Origin: a virus
Direction: 5' to 3' (one strand)
IMG/VR virus record: IMGVR_UViG_3300048573_000442
DNA: 64,000 bases
Part shown: one piece after another, positions 28,402 through 38,265 of the stretch
Layout: the number at the start of each line of letters is the position of its first letter
Numbering within the stretch: position 1 is the stretch's first letter
Translations under genes and position numbers: made by a program
Notes under the pieces: generated by a model
The model's database searches: none
Told to the model about the DNA's origin: nothing
The model's input: the letters and a program-made list of their open reading frames with translations, nothing else

Positions 28402-29375
28402 TTTTTTCTCCTGTAGTGTTGTGGGGAAATATGCACGCTAGATGCATTTTCCATGTATTTCTTAGCGTACTCTTCGCCATCCATATTGTACCATGTTTCA
28501 GGGGGTTTGACTACTTTACCGCCTGATTTTTTATTGAGCAGATCGATAAAGCAAAGCGTCATGTTTAAACGTTCTTCGCGGGACCCAAAGAACGGGGTCC
28601 CTTTAAAATAGCCAGTTTGCGGAAGTTTACGGCCTTCATGTTCTACTGGGACTGGAGCACAGTAAAACACTTCGCAGGCAAAAGTCTTTTCAATACTTTG
28701 GCCCTGCTTAACATATTCTGAAATCAGTTCGTCGAGATTAACCCCTGCATGGCGCAAAAGATGATGTCGAATATCAATTGACCCGAATGACAGCGTTATT
28801 TCCCCGAACGGTTTCAAGCCCCTGAAATTCGTAATGATACCAGAACCTAATGAACCGAAAAGAGTCTTCCCATTAGCACGAAGAACAATATCATTCGCCT
28901 GAGAAAAAGCCGGGGTATGAGAATCACCCACAGAAATGCCAGTGAATTTATTAGAAACCGATTGCAGATTTTCCTGTTTTAGCGAAGGGATGCCCTTAAT
29001 TCGTTCACTTAGTCTATTACACCATTCGTTTGTTATCTCTTTGCAAGTAGTCGGTGCACCAATTCGCTTACGAAGCTGTTCGCCCCATGGAGGCATATCA
29101 TAATCAAGGGAGACTACATTCGGATGCTGCATTACCCGATTAATGCGTTCATAGATTTCCTTTGTTGCTCCTCCGAAGAGGTTCAGAGTTCCGCCAAAAT
29201 TGACGCCATGTTCTAGGAACACCTTTTCGTATTTGTCGATATCTGGGGAGCAACGATGATCAATTTCGGCTCCCAGTTGTTCAGCCCAAACAAGCGACCA
29301 ACCAAGAACATGTGAATTTTTTAATAACGGTATATTGCTAATAGGATTAGTGATTACGTTCATATGATTCCTCAC
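28392..29375 (-). CDS. SGNH/GDSL-fold-like hydrolase or acyltransferase
   Basis: VGDSH (block I), FGSIDIR (block III-like), SVHISP (block V-like). Confidence 0.5.
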   Translation of the reverse strand: MRNHMNVITNPISNIPLLKNSHVLGWSLVWAEQLGAEIDHRCSPDIDKYEKVFLEHGVNFGGTLNLFGGATKEIYERINRVMQHPNVVSLDYDMPPWGEQLRKRIGAPTTCKEITNEWCNRLSERIKGIPSLKQENLQSVSNKFTGISVGDSHTPAFSQANDIVLRANGKTLFGSLGSGIITNFRGLKPFGEITLSFGSIDIRHHLLRHAGVNLDELISEYVKQGQSIEKTFACEVFYCAPVPVEHEGRKLPQTGYFKGTPFFGSREERLNMTLCFIDLLNKKSGGKVVKPPETWYNMDGEEYAKKYMENASSVHISPQHYRRKNWE

Positions 29376-29377
29376 GA

Positions 29378-30352
29378 TTAAATTCCGAAAATCTTTTTAC
29401 CGTCTTTTCGTTTTGCCAAATCAAAAGTTTCTGGAAAGATCCACTGATAGGGAATGCGTTTAGTGGGGCTTTTAACGCCATGGTTAATAGCGATGTGTTT
29501 ATAAAATAGGCATGTCTTATCTTCGACATTAACCCATTTTTGTTCTTTCATGGGGTTCCTGACATCATTACAAAGCAAATTCATTTGCTCAAGCCAAACG
29601 TGACCATACTTATTGTCAGCGACAAATTGACCATTTGCATCAATGTGATATTTTACTTTTCCGTTAAGGCTATTCCCGCCAAAAATTTGTTGCATGCCAT
29701 CAAAATGCCCAGTCCCGCCAAATAATACAGAATTTGGGTCCACAATATGTGGATATGCAAATGCCATATATCGTGCAGTATTTTTACACGGATATAACGG
29801 ACTTCTAAAACCTTGATGGGTTTTAAAATATGCTTCTAGCCGTTTTGCAAATTCCATCATAGTAAATGGTCGACCCATTGTCTTCGGTTCGTCCAATAGT
29901 GTTTGCAAATCTTCACCGGCCTTCAATGGTCCACTAATCAACCATTCTTTAACATTAGTGCTTTTTGGAAAATAAATTTGAAAAAGATCATTACGAGCAT
30001 GACGTTCAGTTTTAAATCGCTCCTGTGTTTTCGGAATGCCATCATGCAATAATGACATAAATGTCCCCCAGTGTTCATTGCTGAATGAAAACACAAGAGT
30101 CAAAAACAGCCGCATTTTGTTGTCAGTAACTAAACGCATTTCATCTACGAATGGATGTTCATGCCAATGCAGCCTATGAGAGAAAATTTGATAGTCTTCT
30201 CTCAGTAAATCATCATCTCGTTCATCAAACGCTTTACAATACTCGAAAAATTTTTCAATTCGTTGGTCTTGCGTCCAAGATTTCATCCAACTGTCTGTAG
30301 GTTTACCATTTTTTAAATCTACTGTAACGGTATTTGGATAGGTTATATTCAT
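29378..30352 (-). CDS. Alpha-helical protein resembling aGPT-Pplase / amino-acid:DNA transferase family
   Basis: FSHRLHWHEH; C-terminal VEDKTCLFYK resembles ExxLCEFxK; distant resemblance to its neighbour. Confidence 0.45.
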   Translation of the reverse strand: MNITYPNTVTVDLKNGKPTDSWMKSWTQDQRIEKFFEYCKAFDERDDDLLREDYQIFSHRLHWHEHPFVDEMRLVTDNKMRLFLTLVFSFSNEHWGTFMSLLHDGIPKTQERFKTERHARNDLFQIYFPKSTNVKEWLISGPLKAGEDLQTLLDEPKTMGRPFTMMEFAKRLEAYFKTHQGFRSPLYPCKNTARYMAFAYPHIVDPNSVLFGGTGHFDGMQQIFGGNSLNGKVKYHIDANGQFVADNKYGHVWLEQMNLLCNDVRNPMKEQKWVNVEDKTCLFYKHIAINHGVKSPTKRIPYQWIFPETFDLAKRKDGKKIFGI

Positions 30353-30410
30353 ATTTTATATGTTGGTCGAGTTGGCCGTTGTGAAAATTAAAAAGGAATT
30401 ATACCCCCTG

Positions 30411-31556
30411 TTATTTCAATTCCTTGCATTTTTGTTTATACTGTTCGACGGTCATCCCGTTTGCAGCAATGATTTTGTCGTCAGACGGATGCGATTTCAT
30501 CCCGTTAAAAGTTTTGATGAGGCCCAAATCAAGCATCGCTTTTTGTCGGCCGAACGGATGATCTTTAATCTTGCAAGAAGACCAGATTTTATCAAAATCT
30601 AGATCGTCATAATCCGAACCCGGCTTAATATAGTTTTCTACATACCTGATAAAATCGCAACAGCAATCTTCTGCATTGTAAGGAACAGAGCCCGTATCCT
30701 CATAGATTTTAATCATAACTTCATCAAGCAATGCATCGCCTTTGTATTTTTTATTTGGCTTGACCAAATACTTTATGCATTCACGGGTATTGGTCCCATA
30801 ATAAAATAGGCTTTCTCGAACAACATACTCTGGGAACCAATCAGCAATATCGGCAACAACTGCAGCATATTGAAAGTGATATTGGCGCAATCCATGTTTC
30901 ACGTTCCACTTAAGCATCCAGTCGCCAATTTGGCGCAACGTATGTTTTTGGGCAGTAGCGAGAAAGTCTGCAAGCTCTCGAGCAAGCTTTGGGACATATT
31001 CGGCAAGAAAGTAATCGCCGCCACGTTTATATTCGGAAGTCGGTTTTGGAAATGCGGGGAATTGGTAGCCCACTGAAGTGTAAAAAGATTTTTTATAATT
31101 TTTAACAATCTTCACCATATCTTCAATAGTTCCTGCCGAATGCAAATCAAACAGGATAGTATTATGATAACCACTGGGCTTAATGGCATAATTAATTGCG
31201 CTGCCGCAAACCCGATGCAAGATAAACACATACAGCCATTCTGGAAGAGAGAAATCAGAATGTTTTCCAGTCCAATTAGTTGCAACGGTTTTTCTAAATT
31301 CGTGGCAGGTTCCGTCCTTCATTTTGCCCCAGTACGGGTGCTTATTTGTCCACCCGTAAAAGACATCATTAATAATTTGGCTAAACCCGGCGTATTTTCG
31401 TTCAACCACATCATAAAGATGAACATTCTTCATTAAGTCATCATCGATGCTCGAATTCATATAGTCCAAAGAACCCAAATTGCATTCCTTCTGCTGAACT
31501 TCGGCCATTCGATAGTATCGCAAAAATTCGTCGTAATATTCCGTAGTCTCAATCAT
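30411..31556 (-). CDS. Alpha-helical protein resembling aGPT-Pplase / amino-acid:DNA transferase family
   Basis: LYDVVERKY, FQYAAVVADI, YGTNTRECI, AEDCCCDFIRY parallel the family motifs as recalled. Confidence 0.5.
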   Translation of the reverse strand: MIETTEYYDEFLRYYRMAEVQQKECNLGSLDYMNSSIDDDLMKNVHLYDVVERKYAGFSQIINDVFYGWTNKHPYWGKMKDGTCHEFRKTVATNWTGKHSDFSLPEWLYVFILHRVCGSAINYAIKPSGYHNTILFDLHSAGTIEDMVKIVKNYKKSFYTSVGYQFPAFPKPTSEYKRGGDYFLAEYVPKLARELADFLATAQKHTLRQIGDWMLKWNVKHGLRQYHFQYAAVVADIADWFPEYVVRESLFYYGTNTRECIKYLVKPNKKYKGDALLDEVMIKIYEDTGSVPYNAEDCCCDFIRYVENYIKPGSDYDDLDFDKIWSSCKIKDHPFGRQKAMLDLGLIKTFNGMKSHPSDDKIIAANGMTVEQYKQKCKELK

Positions 31557-31849
31557 TTAGCTTCCCTAGGTTGATAATAAATTTTCGCTTGTAAACCTGG
31601 CATTTGTTCATTTGTGCTCTTAAAAGAGAATAATTTCTCTCCGCTAAAATCTTCAGCGCTGTGCAAAACAAAAAAGATAACTCTCCCGGTTTTAATAGAA
31701 CGTATTCCAAATCCTGCAGTAAAATCATCTGAAGCCAGTTGTCTTAGACAGCCCGGTACATCGAAATAATCTGCAGAAAACGTTTGTGTTTCTGAATTAT
31801 ACGTAAACAGATTTGAGGGGTAAATTTCGCCAACAAGTTTAAAGGTCAT
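31553..31849 (-). CDS. Hypothetical protein (98 aa)
   Basis: ATGA coupling; GFGIRSxKTG motif. Confidence 0.5.
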   Translation of the reverse strand: MTFKLVGEIYPSNLFTYNSETQTFSADYFDVPGCLRQLASDDFTAGFGIRSIKTGRVIFFVLHSAEDFSGEKLFSFKSTNEQMPGLQAKIYYQPREAK

Positions 31850-32274
31850 AGAACGTTTAGCGTTTTAGCGTTAATGATATTCCCCGCATTCGGAAACCAA
31901 AGTTTTCCTGTTTCTGCTTCTTGCGGCAAACAGCCATGCTTTTCAACATAATCTTGCTCTGCTTCCGTGGAAACAATTCGAATGTTCTTAGCAGAGGTAC
32001 ACTGAATAATGTAAACCGACTGCGTCTTAATTGTCAGGGTTTTTAAATTAGGGTACAAGAGCTTTACGCGTTCATAAATGCTGCGCTCTTCTACGATGTT
32101 TAGCCATCGCTCGGGATAGGAGAAATATAGCGAAGTTGTTTTTTCATCAACTCGTTCATGATCAAATAAGTTCTCTAGATGAGTTTTGCCCATATGCAGT
32201 TCATATTCGAGGCTCTCGCAGCGCATATGTGGGCGACGGTGGACATAGACTAAAATTTCAAAAGGGTAATTCAT
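31846..32274 (-). CDS. Hypothetical protein (142 aa)
   Basis: ATGA coupling. Confidence 0.55.
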   Translation of the reverse strand: MNYPFEILVYVHRRPHMRCESLEYELHMGKTHLENLFDHERVDEKTTSLYFSYPERWLNIVEERSIYERVKLLYPNLKTLTIKTQSVYIIQCTSAKNIRIVSTEAEQDYVEKHGCLPQEAETGKLWFPNAGNIINAKTLNVL

Positions 32275-32564
32275 TTTTTAAAGTAAAAAGCTAGTGTAAG
32301 CCAAACAGTGTATGCTACGGCAATAGCAACATTAGTCCACATGCTAAACGTTTGCTTAAGCATGTGGAACATATAAATCCCCCAGTACCCCCAAAGAGTA
32401 AAGAAGAAAATCATTCCAATGCTTACGCCCTTGAGCTGGCGGTCTTTTAGCAGCATGCGAATGTTATCAAGCAAGAAAATAACTGCTCCGATTTGGAACA
32501 AAGAAGTGATAAGGTCGAGTGGCACAAAAATCTCCTGTTTTAACCGTCCAAGCAGATTGTACAC
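32271..32564 (-). CDS. Three-TM membrane protein, PQ-loop/SemiSWEET-like
   Basis: Three hydrophobic helices; NIRMLLKDRQLKGVS loop. Confidence 0.5.
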   Translation of the reverse strand: MYNLLGRLKQEIFVPLDLITSLFQIGAVIFLLDNIRMLLKDRQLKGVSIGMIFFFTLWGYWGIYMFHMLKQTFSMWTNVAIAVAYTVWLTLAFYFKK

Positions 32565-32588
32565 CGTAAACGGGAGATTTTGAAAATT

Positions 32589-34580
32589 TTAAACTAGACC
32601 AAAGGGAACGGGTTCGCCTCCGAACTGGTCCCCGTCTAAAGATGTATCAAGGTCAGAGTCTGCAGCGACATTCTCATACACTAGTTTCTGCGCAATTTCG
32701 CTTTCACCAGAAAGATATTTTAGCAGCTTAATAACAAGTAGGGTTGCTGAAATAGTGTCGTCTGTTGCTCCTTTTTTCGCAGCATAGGACCCACCAGCAG
32801 CAATATAATTTTGAAGTTCAAAATGCAAAACATCAGAATTGATGATCAACCCGTTATTAATTCGCTCAATCAAGTTCTTCATTTGCATACACGCTAGCAG
32901 TTTTGAAGAGCCCGTAGTATAGCACCCGAACTTTCCATTATTCTCATTATACAAATTGACGCCGTCAATATCAACGCCTTCTCCATCATCATTTTGCAAC
33001 ATTGCAACTAAAGCTTCGCCAATACCATTCCGTTCAAAAGTCCAAAGAACTTCTGCTGAATTACGATTGGCATCAGAAGCCCTAAGGTGTTTAAGAAGCC
33101 ATTTAATTTTGGCATAAATTAATGGGATATTAACAGTGTTTAAGCGAAGTTCGGCGACCTGTTCCAATGACGGAAACTCGAACACTTCTATAGCAGTGAA
33201 ATCGCTTCCTGTGCCAGTAGCAGGATCGACACCGACTAAGTACATTCGGTTGGGGCCTGAAACTTCTTTCCAAAATTTAAAGCCCATATTTTCAAATAGT
33301 GGCGGTTTTGTTTGTAAGGAATGAAGTTTGCGGGTATCTACTAGCAACGCATCTGAAGAAAGGAATTCGCAGTCTACTTCTTGGCGAACTTTAACTGGGC
33401 CCAATTTGCCTTTCATTTCGTCATAGTATTTTTGGTCACGTTCTGGATGTTCATGCCAAAGAGCTTTTACGGGGAAAAATGAATTTTGGCCAGAATTGGC
33501 ACCGCGCCATATAGTTGCAAATAGGTCACTATCTCCGTTGGGAGTACTAGTCAGAATAAATTTGCCACCTGTGGACAATGAAGGCGCAATAGAAGCCCAC
33601 ATTTCTTCTTGAATTCTTCGATTTAAGAAGGCAATTTCATCGATAAAAAGGCAGTTATGACTTATGACGGAATTAGTAATATAAGAATGGACATCTTCAA
33701 CCTGAACCAAATCATAGACCGTTTGGCTTTCGCAGTGTGGCAGTAGACTCAGAACTTTTAAATTCCGGTCAATAATATCGCCAGTCAATAATTCGCTAGC
33801 GGGCCTAAATTCACCGTTGGCAAATATCTTGTGATCTGGTGTGCAAATTAGATTAGACCTATCACTAAACTCCAGTTTCAAAGTTTTGGAGTTTTTAGTT
33901 TCTAGTAATCCGGTAAAGTCTTTAAATCCTGAACCAGTTAAAACCTGAAAGCCCGCTATTTCGTAAAATCCTTTTCGTGGAAGTTCTGATAAGTAGTCTA
34001 CAAGACTAAGGATACGTTCAATCGGAATAACTTGTATTTCACCAGTTTCTTTATTCCTAATGGTTATTTTTGTAGACCCGTCTACGCATGACGGCGAACC
34101 ACCTCGACCTGTCTTTTCGCTAGTTGCTTCAGATTTTATTTTTGATCCATTGTCAAATTCTATACTCGTCCTAGAATAATACCGACATCCCGGTTTCAAC
34201 CAAGCGGGCAATTCTTCATATGCGAATTTTATGCGTGACATAATCTCTGTTGCGTGGTTCATTGCTTTAGATGCAATAACTGCAAGTTTGTCATCTGCAA
34301 AGCATGTTAACCAAAGGATGTACATTGCGACGACAGTTGTTTTTCCCAATTGTCTGCTGGCAAGCACCACCGTGTCCTTTTTCTCATGTATGGCCGCTAA
34401 CATCCGTTTTTGGTATTCATACAGTTCCATTGGCAATATTCCCTTTGTAGGGTGCTGGACTTTTACGAACTTCTCGATGAAATACACCGGATCGCTTTTA
34501 CACCTTATGAGGTCTTGAATTGATTCTGGGGTATACTCAGTTTGAGCATACGCCTTTTTGATTGATAGATTGGTTGCCAT
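32589..34580 (-). CDS. terL: Terminase large subunit (T4 gp17-like) with intein
   Basis: LYEYQ, SRQLGKTT Walker A, FIDEIAF Walker B, TSTPNG motif III, GVDPATG nuclease, ATDD. Confidence 0.95.
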   Translation of the reverse strand: MATNLSIKKAYAQTEYTPESIQDLIRCKSDPVYFIEKFVKVQHPTKGILPMELYEYQKRMLAAIHEKKDTVVLASRQLGKTTVVAMYILWLTCFADDKLAVIASKAMNHATEIMSRIKFAYEELPAWLKPGCRYYSRTSIEFDNGSKIKSEATSEKTGRGGSPSCVDGSTKITIRNKETGEIQVIPIERILSLVDYLSELPRKGFYEIAGFQVLTGSGFKDFTGLLETKNSKTLKLEFSDRSNLICTPDHKIFANGEFRPASELLTGDIIDRNLKVLSLLPHCESQTVYDLVQVEDVHSYITNSVISHNCLFIDEIAFLNRRIQEEMWASIAPSLSTGGKFILTSTPNGDSDLFATIWRGANSGQNSFFPVKALWHEHPERDQKYYDEMKGKLGPVKVRQEVDCEFLSSDALLVDTRKLHSLQTKPPLFENMGFKFWKEVSGPNRMYLVGVDPATGTGSDFTAIEVFEFPSLEQVAELRLNTVNIPLIYAKIKWLLKHLRASDANRNSAEVLWTFERNGIGEALVAMLQNDDGEGVDIDGVNLYNENNGKFGCYTTGSSKLLACMQMKNLIERINNGLIINSDVLHFELQNYIAAGGSYAAKKGATDDTISATLLVIKLLKYLSGESEIAQKLVYENVAADSDLDTSLDGDQFGGEPVPFGLV
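33654..34088 (-). mobile_element. 145-aa mini-intein in TerL
   Basis: CVDGST...CTPDH...VYDL...SHN|C; sits just before Walker B. Confidence 0.9.
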
Positions 34581-34608
34581 AATTTTCCATATTTAAAATA
34601 TAACAAAG

Positions 34609-34616
34609 TATTTATC
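34609..34616 (-). promoter_or_regulatory. Late promoter-like GATAAATA for terL
   Basis: About 29 nt upstream of the terL start. Confidence 0.5.
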
Positions 34617-34673
34617 AACTACCTAACAGCTAAAGGCTGTTAAGGTTGCTGTTAGGTTTTCTTGCTTATAATT

Positions 34674-34681
34674 TATAAATA
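34674..34681 (+). promoter_or_regulatory. T4 late promoter TATAAATA driving the LRR array
   Basis: Perfect consensus 42 nt upstream of ATG 34724. Confidence 0.65.
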
Positions 34682-34723
34682 AGGAAATGCAATAATTTAC
34701 TGACGCTTGCCACGGGGAATAAA

Positions 34724-35368
34724 ATGAAATTAAAACAATTATTTGAATCTACATCTAAACAAGAAGTTGAAACAGTCTTAAACAGGTACGGGATTGAGAA
34801 CTACACCATCAATGATGACTTGTCCGTGGATGTCGATGGAGATGTTGATCTAAGTGAAAATAAGTTGAGTTCGATTCCTGTCAATTTTGGGAAGATCAGT
34901 GGAATTTTTGACTGCTCTAACAACCTGCTAACCTCTTTACAAGGAGCACCAAGAGAAATAGGCGGGTATTTCGGTTGCTCTGGTAACCAATTAGCCTCCT
35001 TACAAGGAGCACCAAGAGAAGTCGGTGGGGGCTTTAAATGCTCTGATAACAAATTAGCTTCTTTGCAGGGTGCGCCAAAAGAAGTAGGCGGGCATTTTTG
35101 GTGCTATCATAACCAATTAACCTCTTTGCAAGGCGGGCCAAGAGAAGTTAATGAGGGTTTTGATTGCTGTTATAACAAACTGACATCTTTACTGGGCGCG
35201 CCTAGGGTAGTAGGCTGGCATTTCAATTGCTTTAAAAACCGATTAACCTCTTTGCAAGGTGCACCTAGAGAAGTAGGCGGGGAGTTTAATTGCCGTTTTA
35301 ATCCAAAATTGACCTCACTTGACGGAATTGGCAATGTTGCCGGACAAATTAAAAGCGACCTATCATGA
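34724..35368 (+). CDS. LRR-like paralogue 1 (7 repeats)
   Basis: MKLKQLFES cap, 21-aa LTSLQGAPREVGGxFxCxxNx repeats, LDGIGNV cap. Confidence 0.85.
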   Translation: MKLKQLFESTSKQEVETVLNRYGIENYTINDDLSVDVDGDVDLSENKLSSIPVNFGKISGIFDCSNNLLTSLQGAPREIGGYFGCSGNQLASLQGAPREVGGGFKCSDNKLASLQGAPKEVGGHFWCYHNQLTSLQGGPREVNEGFDCCYNKLTSLLGAPRVVGWHFNCFKNRLTSLQGAPREVGGEFNCRFNPKLTSLDGIGNVAGQIKSDLS

Positions 35369-36018
35369 AATTAAAACAATTATTCGGATTCTCGTTTTCG
35401 ACCTCAAAAGAAAAAGTTGAAAACGTTCTTAAGAAATACAAAATCACAAACTATACAATCAATGACGATCTGTCTGTTGATGTGGATGAGGATATAGATT
35501 TTCGTGGTTCAAATTTAAAAAGATTTCCAATCAAATTTGGCAAAATAAAGGGAAATTTTAATTGTTCTAACACCCAGTTGGAAACGCTTAAAGATGGCCC
35601 GAATGAAGTCAGCGAAAACTTTTACTGTCACAATAACCAATTAGTATCTTTGGAAGGTGCGCCAAAAGAAGTGGGCGGGAGTTTTTGGTGCATGAAGAAC
35701 GAATTGATTTCTTTGAACGGTTCACCAAGGGAAGTAGGCGGGGATTTCAACTGCGACTTAAACCGACTAGCATCCTTACGGGGGGCCGCGCGTGAAGTGG
35801 GTGGCGCATTTGGCTGCGAGAGTAATGAACTGCAGACTTTGGAAGGATGCCCTCGCATTGTAGGCGGGGATTTTTATTGCTCTAAAAACAAATTAACATC
35901 TTTGCACGGCGCACCTAGAGAAATTGGCGGGGATTTTAATTGCCGTTTTAATCCAAATTTGACCTCACTTGACGGGATCGGCAATGTTGCCGGAGAAATT
36001 GAAAGCGATCTATCATGA
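35365..36018 (+). CDS. LRR-like paralogue 2 (7 repeats, most diverged)
   Basis: Same architecture; ATGA overlap. Confidence 0.85.
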   Translation: MKLKQLFGFSFSTSKEKVENVLKKYKITNYTINDDLSVDVDEDIDFRGSNLKRFPIKFGKIKGNFNCSNTQLETLKDGPNEVSENFYCHNNQLVSLEGAPKEVGGSFWCMKNELISLNGSPREVGGDFNCDLNRLASLRGAAREVGGAFGCESNELQTLEGCPRIVGGDFYCSKNKLTSLHGAPREIGGDFNCRFNPNLTSLDGIGNVAGEIESDLS

Positions 36019-36788
36019 AATTAAAACAGCTGTTTGAATCAGTGTCTAAACAAGATGTGGAATCCATCTTAAAGAAATACGGGATTAAGAACTATACCAT
36101 CAATGATGACATGTCAGTCGATGTTGATGGGGACGTGAAGCTAAATAATAATCACTTAAGTTCGATTCCTGTTAATTTTGGGAAAGTAAGTGGGCATTTT
36201 TGGTGTCATAAAAACCAATTAACTTCTTTACAAGGTACACCTAAAGAAGTCGGTAAGGATTTTGATTGTTCTCACAACCAATTAACTTCTTTACAAGGTG
36301 CTCCTGGGGAAGTTGGTGGCGGCTGTTTTAATTGCCACAACAACAAATTGACCTCTTTACAAGGTGCACCTAGAGAAATTGGTGGAAGTTTTTGGTGCGC
36401 TGATAACAAATTAACTTCTTTACAAGGCGGGCCAAGAGAAGTCGATGGGAGTTTTTCGTGCGCTAGTAACCAATTGTCCTCTTTACAAGGCGCTCCAAGA
36501 GAAGTTGGTGGGCATTTTTATTGCTCTAAAAACAAATTGACCTCTTTACAAGGTGCTCCTAGAGAAGTTGATGGGCATTTTTATTGCTCTAACAACCAAT
36601 TAACTTCTTTGCAAGGTGCTTCAAGAGAAGTTGGCGGAGGGTTTTGGTGCCATAATAACCAATTAACTTCTCTACAAGGCGCACCTAAGGAAGTCGGTGG
36701 GGATTTTAATTGCTCTAACAATCCGAATTTGGCATCACTTGACGGAATCGGCAATGTTGCCGGGCACATTTTTAGCAATCTATCATGA
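36015..36788 (+). CDS. LRR-like paralogue 3 (9 repeats)
   Basis: Same architecture; ATGA overlap. Confidence 0.85.
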   Translation: MKLKQLFESVSKQDVESILKKYGIKNYTINDDMSVDVDGDVKLNNNHLSSIPVNFGKVSGHFWCHKNQLTSLQGTPKEVGKDFDCSHNQLTSLQGAPGEVGGGCFNCHNNKLTSLQGAPREIGGSFWCADNKLTSLQGGPREVDGSFSCASNQLSSLQGAPREVGGHFYCSKNKLTSLQGAPREVDGHFYCSNNQLTSLQGASREVGGGFWCHNNQLTSLQGAPKEVGGDFNCSNNPNLASLDGIGNVAGHIFSNLS

Positions 36789-37492
36789 AATTAAGGCAAT
36801 TATTCGAATCTACATCTAAGCAAGATGTAGAATCCATCTTAAACAAATATAAAATAGCAAACTACGCTATCAATGATGACTTATCAGTAGATGTCGATGG
36901 AGATGTGGATCTGAGTAATAAGAAGTTAAGTTCGATTCCTGTTAATTTTGGGAAAGTAAGCGGAATTTTTGACTGCTCTAACAACCTGCTAACCTCTTTA
37001 CAAGGCGCACCTAGGGAAGTTGGTGGTGATTTTAATTGCTCTTATAGCCAGTTAACTTCCTTACAGGGTGCTCCTACCATAGCCTATGGTAATTTTATTT
37101 GCTCTGCCAACCAATTAACATCTTTGGAAAGGGCACCTAGGGAAGTAGGTGGGGATTTTATTTGCTCTAATAACCGTTTGATTTCTTTAAAGGGTGCACC
37201 TAGAGAAGTTGGAGGGCATTTCAGTTGCGCGCGTGCCAAACTGACATCTTTAGAAGGTGCACCTAGAAAAGTAGGTGGGAATTTTTGGTGTGTTAGCAAC
37301 CAATTGCCCTCTTTACAAGGCGGGCCTAAAGAAGTTGGTGGGGATTTTAACTGTAATAGTAACAAATTGACCTCTTTACAAGGCGCACCAAGAGAAGTTG
37401 GTGGGAGTTTTTGGTGCCGCAACAATCCGAATTTGACCTCACTTAACGGAATCAGTAATGTTGGCGGAGACGTTTTTAGCGACATAAAATGA
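36785..37492 (+). CDS. LRR-like paralogue 4 (8 repeats)
   Basis: Same architecture; ATGA overlap. Confidence 0.85.
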   Translation: MKLRQLFESTSKQDVESILNKYKIANYAINDDLSVDVDGDVDLSNKKLSSIPVNFGKVSGIFDCSNNLLTSLQGAPREVGGDFNCSYSQLTSLQGAPTIAYGNFICSANQLTSLERAPREVGGDFICSNNRLISLKGAPREVGGHFSCARAKLTSLEGAPRKVGGNFWCVSNQLPSLQGGPKEVGGDFNCNSNKLTSLQGAPREVGGSFWCRNNPNLTSLNGISNVGGDVFSDIK

Positions 37493-38265
37493 AATTAAAA
37501 CAATTATTTGAATCAGTTGCAGTCCCTAAACAAAAAGTTGAATCCATCCTTAAAAAATACAGGATCGAGAATTACGCCATTAATGATGACTTGTCAGTAG
37601 ATGTCGATGGAGATGTGGATCTAAGCTACAAGAAGTTAAGTTCGATTCCTGTCAATTTTGGGAAGGTTAGTGGCAGTTTTTATTGCTCTGACAACAAATT
37701 GACTTCTTTAGAAGGTGCACCGAGAGAAGTCAGTGGGGATTTTGATTGCACTCATAACCAATTAACTTCTTTACAAGGTTCACCTAGAGAAGTAGGCGGG
37801 CATTTTTACTGCTATCATAACCAATTAACTTCTTTACAGGGTTCACCTAGGGAAGTCAGCGGACATTTTTGGTGCTATAGCAACCAATTAACCTCTTTGC
37901 AAGAAGGTCCTAGAGAAGTCGGAGGGAATTTTAATTGCTCTGATAACGAATTGGTAACCATGCAAGGTTCACCTAGGGAAGTAGGCGGGCATTTTAACTG
38001 CTCTACCAACAAATTGACTTCTTTACAAGGTGCACCTAAAGAAGTAGGTGGGGATTTTAGGTGCTCTGGCAACCAATTAACATCTTTGGAAAGGGCGCCT
38101 AGAGAAGTTGGTAAGGATTTTATTTGCTCTGATAACAAATTAACTTCTTTACAAGGCGCACCTAGAGAAGTTGGTGGGCATTTTTTTTGCTACAACAACG
38201 TAAATTTAAAATCACTTGACGGAATCGGTAATGTAGCCGGAGAAATTGAAAGCGACCTATCATGA
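37489..38265 (+). CDS. LRR-like paralogue 5 (9 repeats)
   Basis: Same architecture; ATGA overlap. Confidence 0.85.
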   Translation: MKLKQLFESVAVPKQKVESILKKYRIENYAINDDLSVDVDGDVDLSYKKLSSIPVNFGKVSGSFYCSDNKLTSLEGAPREVSGDFDCTHNQLTSLQGSPREVGGHFYCYHNQLTSLQGSPREVSGHFWCYSNQLTSLQEGPREVGGNFNCSDNELVTMQGSPREVGGHFNCSTNKLTSLQGAPKEVGGDFRCSGNQLTSLERAPREVGKDFICSDNKLTSLQGAPREVGGHFFCYNNVNLKSLDGIGNVAGEIESDLS

